Notes: generated by a model from the letters alone, not told the origin. A DNA stretch of 64,000 nucleotides from an uncultured bacterium (GCA_964607485.1 CAZSKP010000005.1:1-64000); one strand, 5' to 3'; shown: positions 51,259 through 61,552, numbered from the stretch's first letter. Made by a program: numbers and translations.

Positions 51259-52509
51259 ATGAATTGCCGCAAAGCACGGTCGCTGATGCTTGATTATCTG
51301 TACGACGACCTTGGGCTGCGCAAGCAGAAGGCTTTCAAGAAACACCTGCAGGTGTGCGCCAAATGCTCCAAGGAACTCGCCGCCCACGAGGACACCGTCT
51401 CGATTTTCCACGGATTGCCCATGGAAGAACCGCCGGAGGGTATCGAGGTAAAGATGGCGGCCATAGCAGCCATCGTGGATGAAGAGGCCGAACGCCGCGA
51501 ACGCGCCCGCGCGAGAACCCCTCGCTATTGGAGGCCGGCCCTCGCGGCTGCCGCGGCCGCTGCGCTCGTCGTCACCACCGTCGTGTACTATCTGCCCCGG
51601 GCCGCGAGCGAGAGGATGGCCGCGCGGAAGTCACAGGTAGCGTGGCAGGGGGGAGAAGTGTCGGAGCAACCGAAACCGGCGGCGGCCCTCTCCAAGGACG
51701 GAGCTTTCGAGGGAGAGAAGGGCGCAAGGGCCTACAAGGCCCACAAAGTGGACTTCGGTCTCGGCGCGACGTCGGACAGCCTCGGAAACGAGGTTTCACG
51801 CAGCGAGATTGCCACGGAGGAGTATCGGGGGAGGGACCTTAAGTATTCGGCTCCCGCCATGGCCTCGCCGGCCCCTGCCGCCGAACGTCCGCTTGCGAGG
51901 CGCGAACTTCGCTCGCGAACCGGTGAGGCGTCTGCTCAGTTGCCGGCTGATGAGGAAGTGGTTGCCGGCTCAATCAGCGCTCCGGCTAAGATCGCCGAAT
52001 CCCAGGATGTTCTGTCCGGCGCGAAAGAGCCGGCCAAGCAGGAGCCGGACATCGCGGCGGTCGAGGAGGCTCCGAAAGAGCAGGAAGCAAAAGATAGAGC
52101 GGCGAAGGTCGAGCTTGCCGAGGGCAATGCATACTTCGACAGGCTCGATTACGATCAGGCCGCGACGCACTATGAAAGAGTCATCGACCTTGAGGCCCAG
52201 GAGGAACTCACGGCGGAGGCGCGGTATCGGCTCGGCCAAAGCTACCAGGAAATGAAACAGTGGGAAAAGGCCGTCGCCGCGTATGAAGAAATCATCAAGA
52301 ATGAGCCCGATTCCCCCGAATTGGGTGAGGTGTATATCGCCGTCGGCGAATGTTACCTTGCGATGGGCAGGACAGAGGATGCGTTGCACAGCTTCGAGAC
52401 CGTCCGCGACCGGTTCCCGGCCCTGCGTGAACTCGCGCTTGAGAAGATCGACCTCGCCGTCTCACAACAGAAAAAGACCGAGAGAGCGAACCAACCGCCT
52501 CCTCCCTGA
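51259..52509 (+). CDS. Zinc-binding anti-sigma factor (zf-HC2) with TM segment and C-terminal TPR repeats
   Basis: MNC..HLQVCAKC, TM ALAAAAAAALVVTTVVYY, TPR motifs ARYRLGQSY and YIAVGECY. Confidence 0.85.
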   Translation: MNCRKARSLMLDYLYDDLGLRKQKAFKKHLQVCAKCSKELAAHEDTVSIFHGLPMEEPPEGIEVKMAAIAAIVDEEAERRERARARTPRYWRPALAAAAAAALVVTTVVYYLPRAASERMAARKSQVAWQGGEVSEQPKPAAALSKDGAFEGEKGARAYKAHKVDFGLGATSDSLGNEVSRSEIATEEYRGRDLKYSAPAMASPAPAAERPLARRELRSRTGEASAQLPADEEVVAGSISAPAKIAESQDVLSGAKEPAKQEPDIAAVEEAPKEQEAKDRAAKVELAEGNAYFDRLDYDQAATHYERVIDLEAQEELTAEARYRLGQSYQEMKQWEKAVAAYEEIIKNEPDSPELGEVYIAVGECYLAMGRTEDALHSFETVRDRFPALRELALEKIDLAVSQQKKTERANQPPPP

Positions 52510-52512
52510 CGC

Positions 52513-52721
52513 TGTCATTGCGAGGAGTCCTGCCCTTGGCGGGACGACGCGGCAACCCCTCTTTACCGCAAGCCGTTGTGAACCGCGAATTCACGTAGCG
52601 CAGGCATCCTGCCTGCAAGAAGAAGCCTCTTTTTCTAACCACGGGTTAGCACGGATTCTTTATCCAGAAAGCGAGGGTCAGGTCTTGCAATGACACATTG
52701 TTGCAATGCAAGACCTGACCC
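52513..52721. repeat. Mosaic of REP-like palindromic elements
   Basis: TGTCATTGCGAGGAG..CGACGCGGCAAC (52513-52559); GTAGCGCAGGCATCCTGCCTGC (52595-52616); perfect 15-bp inverted repeat GGGTCAGGTCTTGCA/TGCAAGACCTGACCC (52675-52721). Confidence 0.65.
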
Positions 52722-52977
52722 CAAGATCACAAGTCTGAAAATTTTCGGAGAGGTTCTTCTCCACATTCTTCGCGTTTCCGTGGGTGGTGCGTCGTCCGGT
52801 CGTCCCGAAACCGGCTCCGCTCAATTATTGCGGGCGTGCGGAAATGCTATTCTTGATATTTCGCGATTTGCTCCTACGGGTTTGCGCGTCCATATTTACA
52901 ATATAGGGCCGATGATGTAGAATAGCCTCCGTATTTCTACACCTTCACTCAGCGTCTGGCAAACAGGAGAAATCATC

Positions 52978-54837
52978 ATGGGAACGCAGAGTGGCAAACT
53001 CTTAGAGGTTGACCTCTCGTCGGGCAAGATTTCGACGCGCACGCTCGACGATGAGGTCCTGCGCGATTACGTCGGCGGGAGCGGTATGGCGGCAAAGCTG
53101 TTTGTGGATGACGGTGTGCCGGCCGACTGCGACCCACTGGGGCCTGAGAACAACTTGTATATTCTCACCGGGCCGCTGACCGGAAGCGGCCTTCCGGCGA
53201 CGCCCCGATTCAGCGTGGCGGCGAAATCGCCGCTGACGGGCATCTGGGGTGAGGCCAACAGCGGCGGCTATTTCGGGCCCGCGCTGAAGTTTGCGGGATG
53301 GGACGGCATTGTCGTTCGCGGTCAATCGAAAAAGCCGGTGATGCTCATCATCGAGGATCAGAAGGCCGAGCTTCAAGACGCCTCCGACCTGTGGGGCAAG
53401 GACACCTACGAGACGGCCGACGCACTGGCCCAAAAATATGAGGGCAAACCGGCCGTCAGGACCGTCTCTATAGGCCCGGCCGGCGAGAACCTCGTGAAGT
53501 TTGCCGCGGTCTGCGACGGCAAGCATGACTATGCCGGCCGCACCGGCCTGGGCGCGGTGATGGGGTCGAAGAAGCTCAAAGCCATCGCCGTGAGAGGCAC
53601 GGGCAAGCTCACACCCGCCGATAAGGACGCCTTTTCAGAAGTGCGCAAGGCGGTCACCGAAAAGGTCAACGAAGGCATGTTCACCATGGCGCTGAAATCC
53701 ATGGGCACGAACGCCGGGATGGTCATGGGCATGACCATGGGCGACGTGCCCACGAAGAACTGGATTGTCGGCGAAGACATGGAATGCGCCAACGAGCTCA
53801 GTTCGATAGTGATGAACGAAAAGTACCTCACGAAGGCCTCGGCGTGTTATGGCTGTCCTATCGGCTGCAAGCGCAACGTGAAGGTCGATGAAGGCCCGTA
53901 CAAGATGGAGCCCGGCGCCGGACCTGAATATGAGACGATGGCGTCGTTCGGCACGATGTGCATGATATGCGACCAGGCGGCGGTCAGCAAGATCAACGAA
54001 CTCTGCAACCGCTTAGGATTAGATACGATTTCGTGCGGCTGCACGATAGCGTTTGCAATCGAATGCTACGAATCCGGACTGCTGACCGATGCCGACACCG
54101 GCGGCCTGAAGCTCAATTGGGGCAGCGCCGACGCCGTCATAGAGCTCATCGGAAAGATAGCCAGACGCGACGGCATGGGCGACCTGCTCGCCGAAGGAAG
54201 CAGGGCCGCCGCGAAGAAAATCGGCAAAGGCGCCGCCGACCTCGCCGTCGAGGTGAAAGGCCTCGAGGCGCCCATGCACGACCCACGCGCGTTCCACGGG
54301 CTCGGGTTGGCCTATGCGATGTCGGTCCGGGGCGCGTGTCACCTCTCCCACCTCGACCTGTTTGCGGAACAGGGGGGAGTGTCGATGCCCGAAGCGGGTA
54401 TCGAGGGCGGCTACATTGGCCAGTCGAGCGAAGGCAAGGGCAAGCTCGTCTGGGTGACAGAAAACCTTGCGGCGCTCCTGCAATCCACAGGCATGTGCTA
54501 CTTCGGCGCGGCCTCTCTGGATTTCCACGATATGACCAAGATGCTCAACACGGCGGCGGGACGGGACTACACGGTGGAGGATCTTCTGCGGATAGGTGAA
54601 CGACTGTGGCTGCTCAAACGCTCCATCAGCAATATGATGGGCGTGACGGTTGAAGACGACAGGCTGCCGAGGAAAATACTCACGCCCACAGAACAGGGCG
54701 GGGCAGCGGGCTCGGTTCCCGACATCGAATCTATGATGAAGGAGTACTACGAGATCCGCGGACTCGACATGCGCGGAGTGCCGAAGAAGGATAAGCTCGC
54801 CGCAGTCGGACTTGGCGACATCGCCAAGAAGCTGTGA
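52978..54837 (+). CDS. Aldehyde:ferredoxin oxidoreductase family (W/Mo-pterin)
   Basis: DPLGPEN, KSPLTG..EANSGG, IGPAGEN, GR.GLGAVMGSK.LKAI, CYGCPIGC, GPEYET, GLDTIS, DDRLP. Confidence 0.95.
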   Translation: MGTQSGKLLEVDLSSGKISTRTLDDEVLRDYVGGSGMAAKLFVDDGVPADCDPLGPENNLYILTGPLTGSGLPATPRFSVAAKSPLTGIWGEANSGGYFGPALKFAGWDGIVVRGQSKKPVMLIIEDQKAELQDASDLWGKDTYETADALAQKYEGKPAVRTVSIGPAGENLVKFAAVCDGKHDYAGRTGLGAVMGSKKLKAIAVRGTGKLTPADKDAFSEVRKAVTEKVNEGMFTMALKSMGTNAGMVMGMTMGDVPTKNWIVGEDMECANELSSIVMNEKYLTKASACYGCPIGCKRNVKVDEGPYKMEPGAGPEYETMASFGTMCMICDQAAVSKINELCNRLGLDTISCGCTIAFAIECYESGLLTDADTGGLKLNWGSADAVIELIGKIARRDGMGDLLAEGSRAAAKKIGKGAADLAVEVKGLEAPMHDPRAFHGLGLAYAMSVRGACHLSHLDLFAEQGGVSMPEAGIEGGYIGQSSEGKGKLVWVTENLAALLQSTGMCYFGAASLDFHDMTKMLNTAAGRDYTVEDLLRIGERLWLLKRSISNMMGVTVEDDRLPRKILTPTEQGGAAGSVPDIESMMKEYYEIRGLDMRGVPKKDKLAAVGLGDIAKKL

Positions 54838-54866
54838 AGCCGGGGAAATCTTTAAGAGATGTCCAG

Positions 54867-54894
54867 AGGCCGGAGGAAGCAATCTCCGGCCTTT
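54867..54894 (+). terminator. Hairpin terminator after AOR
   Basis: AGGCCGGAG-8 nt-CTCCGGCCT followed by T residues. Confidence 0.55.
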
Positions 54895-55079
54895 GGGTTT
54901 AGGTGTCCGGGTCTTAGGATCCCCACGGTCATTGCGGGCAGCCGATTTCCTTGACTTTGTCCGAGTTGTTTTCATATAATTTTACAGCGCTTCGCAGTCA
55001 TGGCTCACAGGCGAGCAGCGGAGAGCATTTTCGCTCAAGAAGGTAGTTGTCTCTTTTTTTTTCTAAACATGGAGTCATC

Positions 55080-57488
55080 ATGAGGGAGGATGTAGCAACT
55101 CACCTCCGACCGAATCACGCCGAAGAAACAGGTGAACAGGCGTCCTCACAGGAACTTCTGCCCAAAGGTTACGCCATCTTCTTCTTGCTTTTCTTCTTGT
55201 CCGGCATGTGCGCCCTCGTCTATGAAGTAACGTGGACACGAAGGCTCATACTCGTTTTCGGGAACACGGTCTATTCGGTCAGCACGGTCCTGGTCGCCTT
55301 TATGGGTGGTTTGGCCTTCGGGAGCGTGTTTTTCGGACGCCTCATTGACAGGAGGCAGGACCCCGTCCGAGTGTACGGCCTGCTCGAAATCGGCATCGGC
55401 ATCTCGGCGGTCCTTATCCCGCTGGCACTCGCCGGACTGAACCCGGCCTACCGGCTCTTGTACAGCGCCTTCGGCGCCTCCAACTACGTGATGAGCCTCA
55501 CTCGATTTGTGCTCAGCATAGGGGTCCTGATAGTGCCCACGACGCTGATGGGTGCGACCCTGCCCGTGTTGTCAAAATTCATCGTGCGCCGAATCGAGAC
55601 AAGCGGTCTGGGAATCGGTTCGCTCTACGCGATAAACACCCTGGGCGCCGTGGCGGGATGTCTTCTGGGCGGTTTCGTCCTGATCGGATCGATCGGGATA
55701 ACCCGCTCGGAGCAGGCGGCGGCAGTCGTGAATATGTTCATCGGGCTCACGGCATTCAGACTGCATCATAAACTTGGAGGTGTCTTTTCCAACGTTACCG
55801 ACGCAGACGAACTCGGGGGAGCTGCGGAAGGAGTGACGTATCAACCGGGCATTCTGCGGTTTGTCCTGCTGATATTCGGCGTTTCGGGCATGCTCGCATT
55901 GGCGTACGAAGTTCTGTGGACGCGCATACTGGTATTCCTGCTCGGCAGCTCGATTTATTCGTTCTCGATGATCCTGGCGGTTTATCTTCTGGGATTGACG
56001 GCGGGCAGCCTCCTCATGGCCAGAATTGTGGAAAAGGTGAAATGGCCCCTCCACGTATTCGGCTGGCTGGAAGTTCTCATAGGAGTCAGCGTCCTCGCGG
56101 GGATGTTGCTCTTCAACAGGCTGCCGTTTCAGGAATACGGATTGAGGGTGAACCCTTTAAGTTACCTCTCCAAGAATTTCCTCGGCACGCTTGCGGTCGT
56201 GCTGCCGCCCACACTGCTGATGGGGGCAACTTTTCCCGTGGCCGTGAGGATATATGCCCGCAGCCTTGACGCCATAGGCCGCCAGACCGGCGCTCTCTAC
56301 GCGGTCAACACGGTCGGGGCCATCGTGGGCTCTTTTGCCTCAGGTTTTGTGATGATTCCGCTGCTTGGGTCAAAGAACAGCATGATGCTGCTGATTCTGC
56401 TCAGCATCGCCGCCGGCTTCTCGCTGTTATATCTTTCGATGAGGCGGGAAGGCTCGACCGCCTTGAATTGGATAGCCGGCGGATTGCTCATCCTGCCCCT
56501 GGCCGGGTTCCCCTTCGGCAACGAATTGATGAAGGACCTCTCGCTCAAGGCTTCGAAAATGCAAGACGGGCGGGTCATAGCCTTTGATGAAGATGCGACG
56601 GCGACGGTGGCGGTTTTGGGGAGAGATGTAAAGAGATACAGGATGCTCTCCGTGAATGGGTACACAATGGCGATTCTGTGCACCGACACTCAGCTCATGG
56701 CGCATCTTCCGCTCGCGCTGTTATGGGACAAAGACCCCCAGGACGTTCTGAACATCTGTTTCGGCATGGGCACGACCTTTGTCTCGGCCAGGCGGGCCGG
56801 AATGAACGTGGATTTCGTCGAGCTTTGCCCGTATGTTGTGAAGGCGTTCAAATACTTTCAAGAAGATCCGTCGATGCTAAACAAGCCGGGTGTGGGAGAG
56901 ATCATCGCCGACGGCAGAAACTATCTTCTCCTCTCGGACAAGAGTTACGACCTGATTACGATCGACCCACCGCCTCCGCCGTGGAGCGTTGGAACGGCGA
57001 ACCTGTGTACGAAGGAATTCTACGAACTCTGTAAGGAGCGGCTGAGGCCCGATGGAATCATATGCCAATGGCTTCCGACCGTTCATGATGCGCTGTCCGT
57101 TCCTCAATACCGAATGCTTTTGAGAACGTTCATGGAGGTCTTCCCGCATACCTCGGTCTGGGGTTCGCCAAGCAACTTCGGCACATACCTGATCGGCACG
57201 CCCGAGCGTCTCCGCATTGACAAAGAGTCGTTCGATGAGTACTTTGAAGCCCCAGCGGTCAAGGCCGATTTTTCCCTGTACTATTCCGGGAATGTGGACG
57301 GGTCGCTTGTGCTCTCGTTGCTCATGCTCGATGAGGACGCGGCAAGGGATTACGTCGCGGGCGCTCCCGTCATGACCGACGACCTGCCCGTGACCGAGTT
57401 TCCATTATTCCGCAATGGCTCCTCAACCAAGATAATGGACCCGGACCTGCTGCTATACCGCAGGCTGAATAGGATCGGGACACCGTAG
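55080..57488 (+). CDS. Fused MFS-like membrane domain / spermidine-synthase-like methyltransferase domain
   Basis: SGMCALVYEVTW, GATLP, LYAINTLGA repeated twice; C-terminal ICFGMGTT, DGRNYL..YDLITIDPPPP, EFYELCK..LRPDG. Confidence 0.88.
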   Translation: MREDVATHLRPNHAEETGEQASSQELLPKGYAIFFLLFFLSGMCALVYEVTWTRRLILVFGNTVYSVSTVLVAFMGGLAFGSVFFGRLIDRRQDPVRVYGLLEIGIGISAVLIPLALAGLNPAYRLLYSAFGASNYVMSLTRFVLSIGVLIVPTTLMGATLPVLSKFIVRRIETSGLGIGSLYAINTLGAVAGCLLGGFVLIGSIGITRSEQAAAVVNMFIGLTAFRLHHKLGGVFSNVTDADELGGAAEGVTYQPGILRFVLLIFGVSGMLALAYEVLWTRILVFLLGSSIYSFSMILAVYLLGLTAGSLLMARIVEKVKWPLHVFGWLEVLIGVSVLAGMLLFNRLPFQEYGLRVNPLSYLSKNFLGTLAVVLPPTLLMGATFPVAVRIYARSLDAIGRQTGALYAVNTVGAIVGSFASGFVMIPLLGSKNSMMLLILLSIAAGFSLLYLSMRREGSTALNWIAGGLLILPLAGFPFGNELMKDLSLKASKMQDGRVIAFDEDATATVAVLGRDVKRYRMLSVNGYTMAILCTDTQLMAHLPLALLWDKDPQDVLNICFGMGTTFVSARRAGMNVDFVELCPYVVKAFKYFQEDPSMLNKPGVGEIIADGRNYLLLSDKSYDLITIDPPPPPWSVGTANLCTKEFYELCKERLRPDGIICQWLPTVHDALSVPQYRMLLRTFMEVFPHTSVWGSPSNFGTYLIGTPERLRIDKESFDEYFEAPAVKADFSLYYSGNVDGSLVLSLLMLDEDAARDYVAGAPVMTDDLPVTEFPLFRNGSSTKIMDPDLLLYRRLNRIGTP

Positions 57489-57613
57489 TGTCCCACGTCG
57501 GCCGGCTTGCCGATAGAGCCGCGCGCTGGCTGTCCGACAAGGGATATCCGGCGCGAATGCTGCCCGGCGGTTTCGACTCATGGGAAAAGAGCGGGCACCC
57601 GATAGAAAAGTGA
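57488..57613 (+). pseudogene. 41-codon ORF matching the C-terminal half of a rhodanese domain (remnant or microprotein)
   Basis: GTG start overlaps the upstream TAG (TAGTG); translation VSHVGRLADRAARWLSDKGYPARMLPGGFDSWEKSGHPIEK fits AA..L...G....L.GG...W...G.P. Confidence 0.6.
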
Positions 57614-57667
57614 GAGGGTAGGGGGAAGCCCGCTTTCGCTTAACGCCCACACCTTTTGTATACGGAG

Positions 57668-57697
57668 CAATCGGCCCGAAGTGATTCGGGCCGATTG
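57668..57697. terminator. Perfect 13-bp hairpin between convergent genes
   Basis: CAATCGGCCCGAA-GTGA-TTCGGGCCGATTG. Confidence 0.5.
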
Positions 57698-57752
57698 TCT
57701 TTCCGGGCACAATCGGAGAATTGAGAAGCCAGCGCTGCTTCGCGGCTGCTCT

Positions 57753-58592
57753 CTAGCTTTCTGCCCGGAAATTCCGAACGAGGGTCAGCGTCCGGTCGGG
57801 TGCTTCCTCCCATAGGAAATGGCCGACTCCCGAGAGCATGTGCAAGTACGCGCCGGGAATCTCCGCCTCGAACCTGTGGGCCGCCGCCGGGGGCACATAG
57901 GGGTCGTTTTTGCCCCAGATAATCAGCGTCGGACACTCAAGGGTTCCGAGCTTTCCGTCGTACGGCCGGATTTTTTCGAAATCGCCCGAACGATAGAGTG
58001 CCAGCCTGGCCGAGCGGCGCTCGGGAGTGGCGAGACCCTTCCAGTATTCCCCGACCGCTTCGTCCGAGATCGTGGGACAGGCTGCCCTCATGCCTTGGCG
58101 GAACACCTCCGGCGTGAGCGCGTCCATCCATGCCTCTCCCTCGCCGGGCGTGCGCCATATTTTTGCGAGCGAATGCCATGCGCTGCTGTCCATATAGAAG
58201 AATCCCGTGTCGCTGACGACGAGCCTGCGTAGGCCCTGCAGGCGCGCGGGATGGTCGAACAACCACCGAAACCCTATTAGGCCGCCCCAGTCGTGCAGGA
58301 CCAGGTCGAAGCCCCCGGTTCCTATCATCTGGGCGGCAAACTTCTCGACGAACTCCTCCATCTCCTCCCACGTGCCGTCTCGGTCGCCGAGTTCCGAATC
58401 GCCGTATCCCGGCAGGTCGGGCGCGATGACCCTTGCGACGTCCGCCAGCCCGCGACCGAGCGAACGCCACAGGAATGAGGAAGTGGGATTGCCGTGCAGG
58501 CAGAGGACGGTCGGCCTTGCTTCTCCACCCCACACTCGATAGGATGCACGTGCATCGTCAATGACCAAAGACATCAGCTCCGGCGCGGTCAT
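57753..58592 (-). CDS. Alpha/beta hydrolase (haloalkane dehalogenase / epoxide hydrolase-like)
   Basis: LHGNPTSSFLW, PDLPGYGDS, HDWGG Asp nucleophile, WGKND, GHFLWEE. Confidence 0.9.
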   Translation of the reverse strand: MTAPELMSLVIDDARASYRVWGGEARPTVLCLHGNPTSSFLWRSLGRGLADVARVIAPDLPGYGDSELGDRDGTWEEMEEFVEKFAAQMIGTGGFDLVLHDWGGLIGFRWLFDHPARLQGLRRLVVSDTGFFYMDSSAWHSLAKIWRTPGEGEAWMDALTPEVFRQGMRAACPTISDEAVGEYWKGLATPERRSARLALYRSGDFEKIRPYDGKLGTLECPTLIIWGKNDPYVPPAAAHRFEAEIPGAYLHMLSGVGHFLWEEAPDRTLTLVRNFRAES

Positions 58593-58890
58593 TCAATCCT
58601 CCTCTTGCGAGTTCGTAATGTCATGAAAAAATGATCGAGAGTCATTATATCACTCGCGGGAGAGGGTTGGCCACGTCGGGCGGTAGATGTCCCCATTACC
58701 ACAGCTTCAGGGTAAACAACTTTAGAAAAAGTATTTTTCGATTTTCTCCTTGCATTTTCATATTTGTTTTGGCATATTGAATTATTCCCGTTGGAAAGTT
58801 GTTTCTTTTGAGAAGGCTCTCGGAACGACGCCGGAGAGCATTCCGACTGTGATCTGAACGCGGGTGAAGGATTGGGAGGAGTTCGTCGTT

Positions 58891-59292
58891 ATGGAAATTC
58901 CAGTATTGGTCGTGGAGGACGATGCGATACAGCGACGACAAATGGCGCGTGTGCTAATAGGACACGGCTACACAGTCGCGCTGGCCTCATCGGGAGATGA
59001 GGCGATTCGGATGCTTGGCGAACAGCAAATATCCATCGTGCTGACCGACAGAAAGATGCCCGGCACCGACGGTTTGGAGCTGATTAAACACATAAAGAGC
59101 ACTTATCCTGAAATCCTTGTCGCAATGGTCACCGCTTATCCGGATGGGGTGGAGGAAGACGCGCTCGACGCTCTTCTCACCAAGCCGTTCAGGGGGCAAG
59201 AGCTGACCGACTTGGTCGAATATTTGGTGGCCAAACAGAGCGCTCAAAATGCAACTTCGCTTCCCCGACGCGAAGAGATTTATCCTGACTGA
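58891..59292 (+). CDS. Single-domain response regulator
   Basis: VLVVEDD, LTDRKMPGTDG, VTAY, LTKPF; GGAGGAG RBS. Confidence 0.88.
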   Translation: MEIPVLVVEDDAIQRRQMARVLIGHGYTVALASSGDEAIRMLGEQQISIVLTDRKMPGTDGLELIKHIKSTYPEILVAMVTAYPDGVEEDALDALLTKPFRGQELTDLVEYLVAKQSAQNATSLPRREEIYPD

Positions 59293-59295
59293 CAC

Positions 59296-59324
59296 AAAAA
59301 GGGGCGGCTCATGGAACCGCCCCC
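59296..59324 (-). terminator. Intrinsic terminator for the aminotransferase
   Basis: Minus strand AGGGGCGG-9 nt-CCGCCCCT followed by TTTT. Confidence 0.6.
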
Positions 59325-59349
59325 TCGAAAGTCTCCTTCCCGTTTTTTT

Positions 59350-60720
59350 CTACAGCATCTCCTTTTCCATCTGGGCTATTGAAGAGTCGATGGCATCGAC
59401 GATGGTGTCTATCTCTTCCTTTGTTATTGACAAAGGCGGCGCGACGGCGATGTTTTCCATCATCGCCCTGGCATAGACGCCCTTTTCCCAGATGAGTTCC
59501 TCGATTCGATGCGTGCTCTCCATCGGGAACATGCCTATCTGCTCTTTCGTCTCCCTGTCCTTCACTATCTCGATCGCGGCCATCAGCCCTAACGAGCGGA
59601 TGTCGCCGACCGACTTATGGTCGTATAGTCCCTTCAGACGGTCCTGCAGGTAGCCGCCCATCTCGGCGGCGTTCTCAACGAGTTTCTCATCCTCGATGAT
59701 TTTCAGGTTCGCCAGTCCCGCAGCACAGCCGACGGGGTGGTTGTTGTACGTGAACCCGTGGAGGAACGGGAGGAAATCCGGCAGGTTGTTCTTGATGGTT
59801 TCGAAAATTTCGTTGCTTGCGATGGCTCCGCCGAGTGGGAAATAGCCGCTCGTGATTCCCTTGGCTATCGATACGAGGTCGGGCCTCACATCCCAATTCA
59901 TGCATCCGAACATCTTGCCCGTGCGCCCGAAGCCCGTTATGACCTCGTCGGCGAGGAACAGGACATCGTATTTGTCGCAGATTTCGCGAATCATCGGCCA
60001 GTACTCGTCGGGTGGAATTATCACCCCACCCGTGCCCATGGCGGGTTCTCCTATGAACGCGGCGACGGTGTCGGGACCCTCCCTGAGGATTGCCTCCTCA
60101 AGCTGTTTGGCGCAGGCGACGCCGCATTCGGGATAGGTGAGCGCGAGCTCGCATCTGTAGCAATAGGGCGCCATGATGTGCACGAAGCCGGGCGGGAGCG
60201 GGTCGAAGTTCATCTTGAAAAACTCTATGCCCGTCGCCGTCAATGCGCCGAATGTGACGCCGTGATAGGCGAGGTTGCGCGAGATGATCTTCTTCTTTTC
60301 GTCCTTCCCCTTGGCCGCCCAGTACAGGCGGGCGAGCTTCATGTTCGTGTCGTTCGTCTCCGAGCCGCCGCACGTGAACATGACGTGTCCCATGTTCCAT
60401 TCTTTCGGCATGAGGCTCACGACCTTGGCCGCAAGCTCGATTGCCGGCGGAGTTGAGAAGCCGAAGAAAGGCGAATAGTATTCGATCTTCTTCAACTGTT
60501 TGCTGATCGCGCTCGCGACCGGCTTGCGTCCGTGTCCTATCACGACGTTCCACAGGCTCGAGAACGCGTCGATATACTCTTTCCCGTCTATGTCCGTCAC
60601 GCGCGAACCGTTCCCCTCGACGATGATGCGCGCACCATTTTGCTCGTGCTCCTTGAGCTGGACAACGGGATGAAACATATACTTCGAATCCAACTCCCTC
60701 AGTTTCTTTTTCGACTTCAT
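59350..60720 (-). CDS. Class III PLP aminotransferase (omega-amino acid / putrescine type)
   Basis: GGSETND, AYHG.TFG, AFIGEP, DEVITGFGRTG, AKGITSGYFPLG, HGFTY; GAGGAGG RBS. Confidence 0.93.
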   Translation of the reverse strand: MKSKKKLRELDSKYMFHPVVQLKEHEQNGARIIVEGNGSRVTDIDGKEYIDAFSSLWNVVIGHGRKPVASAISKQLKKIEYYSPFFGFSTPPAIELAAKVVSLMPKEWNMGHVMFTCGGSETNDTNMKLARLYWAAKGKDEKKKIISRNLAYHGVTFGALTATGIEFFKMNFDPLPPGFVHIMAPYCYRCELALTYPECGVACAKQLEEAILREGPDTVAAFIGEPAMGTGGVIIPPDEYWPMIREICDKYDVLFLADEVITGFGRTGKMFGCMNWDVRPDLVSIAKGITSGYFPLGGAIASNEIFETIKNNLPDFLPFLHGFTYNNHPVGCAAGLANLKIIEDEKLVENAAEMGGYLQDRLKGLYDHKSVGDIRSLGLMAAIEIVKDRETKEQIGMFPMESTHRIEELIWEKGVYARAMMENIAVAPPLSITKEEIDTIVDAIDSSIAQMEKEML

Positions 60721-60876
60721 GTCAGTGCTCCTCCTCAATACTTCACCCGGTTGAAACGCTTAAGCTGCTTCCCTACACTCTAATTCACCATAATATCCTC
60801 TCCCCCCGCAAAAAGAAAGATTCTTTTTTTCCATGCGCCGGCCAAACTCCCCCGAAGAGGCATGAAAAGGACGGAT

Positions 60877-61485
60877 TCACACTCCCTCTCGGGGCTCGGT
60901 GAGATATTTTACCACGGTGTCCTCGATCAGCTTTTGCACCTCGGACCGCTTCAAAGCCTTTGGCTCTATCACCCACTGAAGCGCCATTCCCTCGACCAGC
61001 GCGACCATCAGCGAGGCTGCCTCTCCGCTGTCGCGTCGGGCGAACTCGCTGTTTTCTATTCCATCTCTCACGACTTCGGCTATGTGGTCGCGATATACCC
61101 GAAGCTGTTTTCTCAAAGCCCTGCGGACGGTCTCGCGCTCGAACGCCATTTGCACGAGGTTGTAAAAGACCCGGTTCAGGCGCTGGTTGAATATGAACTG
61201 GTCCACGAGGAAATCGAGCGCCACTTGAAGCTTTTCCGAGGCCGACTGGAGTGGCCCGATGCGCTCGAGCAGCATGTGCTCGTATCGGGTGATAATCGCG
61301 TCGGCCATCTCCGACACGATCTCGTCCTTGCTTTTGAAGTAGTAGTGGATTACGCCGTAGTGCAGGTTTGCCCGTTCGGCAATGTCCTTGACGGTGACCG
61401 TTTCGTGCCCGTTGTCGGCGAGGCAGTCGAAGAGCGCCTGGGCGATCTGTTCGCGCCGTTGGGGAGCTATGACTTTTCTAGGCAT
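60877..61485 (-). CDS. TetR/AcrR family regulator (BetI-like)
   Basis: TVKDIAERANLHYGVIHYYFKSKDEI. Confidence 0.92.
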   Translation of the reverse strand: MPRKVIAPQRREQIAQALFDCLADNGHETVTVKDIAERANLHYGVIHYYFKSKDEIVSEMADAIITRYEHMLLERIGPLQSASEKLQVALDFLVDQFIFNQRLNRVFYNLVQMAFERETVRRALRKQLRVYRDHIAEVVRDGIENSEFARRDSGEAASLMVALVEGMALQWVIEPKALKRSEVQKLIEDTVVKYLTEPREGV

Positions 61486-61501
61486 AGTCTCTGGAAGGAT
61501 T

Positions 61502-61552
61502 ATTAAGTTAGTTGACTGACTTAATTATACCAGCGGCCTCTCACTCTGTCAA
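61502..61552 (-). promoter_or_regulatory. sigma70 promoter of tetR with an adjoining palindromic operator
   Basis: Minus strand TTGACA-17-TATAAT (61552-61524); imperfect palindrome ATTAAGTTAGTTGACTGACTTAAT (61502-61525) covers the start site. Confidence 0.75.

Noticed and set aside
57486-57488. Stop readthrough or Sec/Pyl recoding joining the spermidine-synthase-like gene to the rhodanese fragment
   Set aside because: The stop is TAG and the fragment is in a different frame; in-frame readthrough gives no recognisable sequence.
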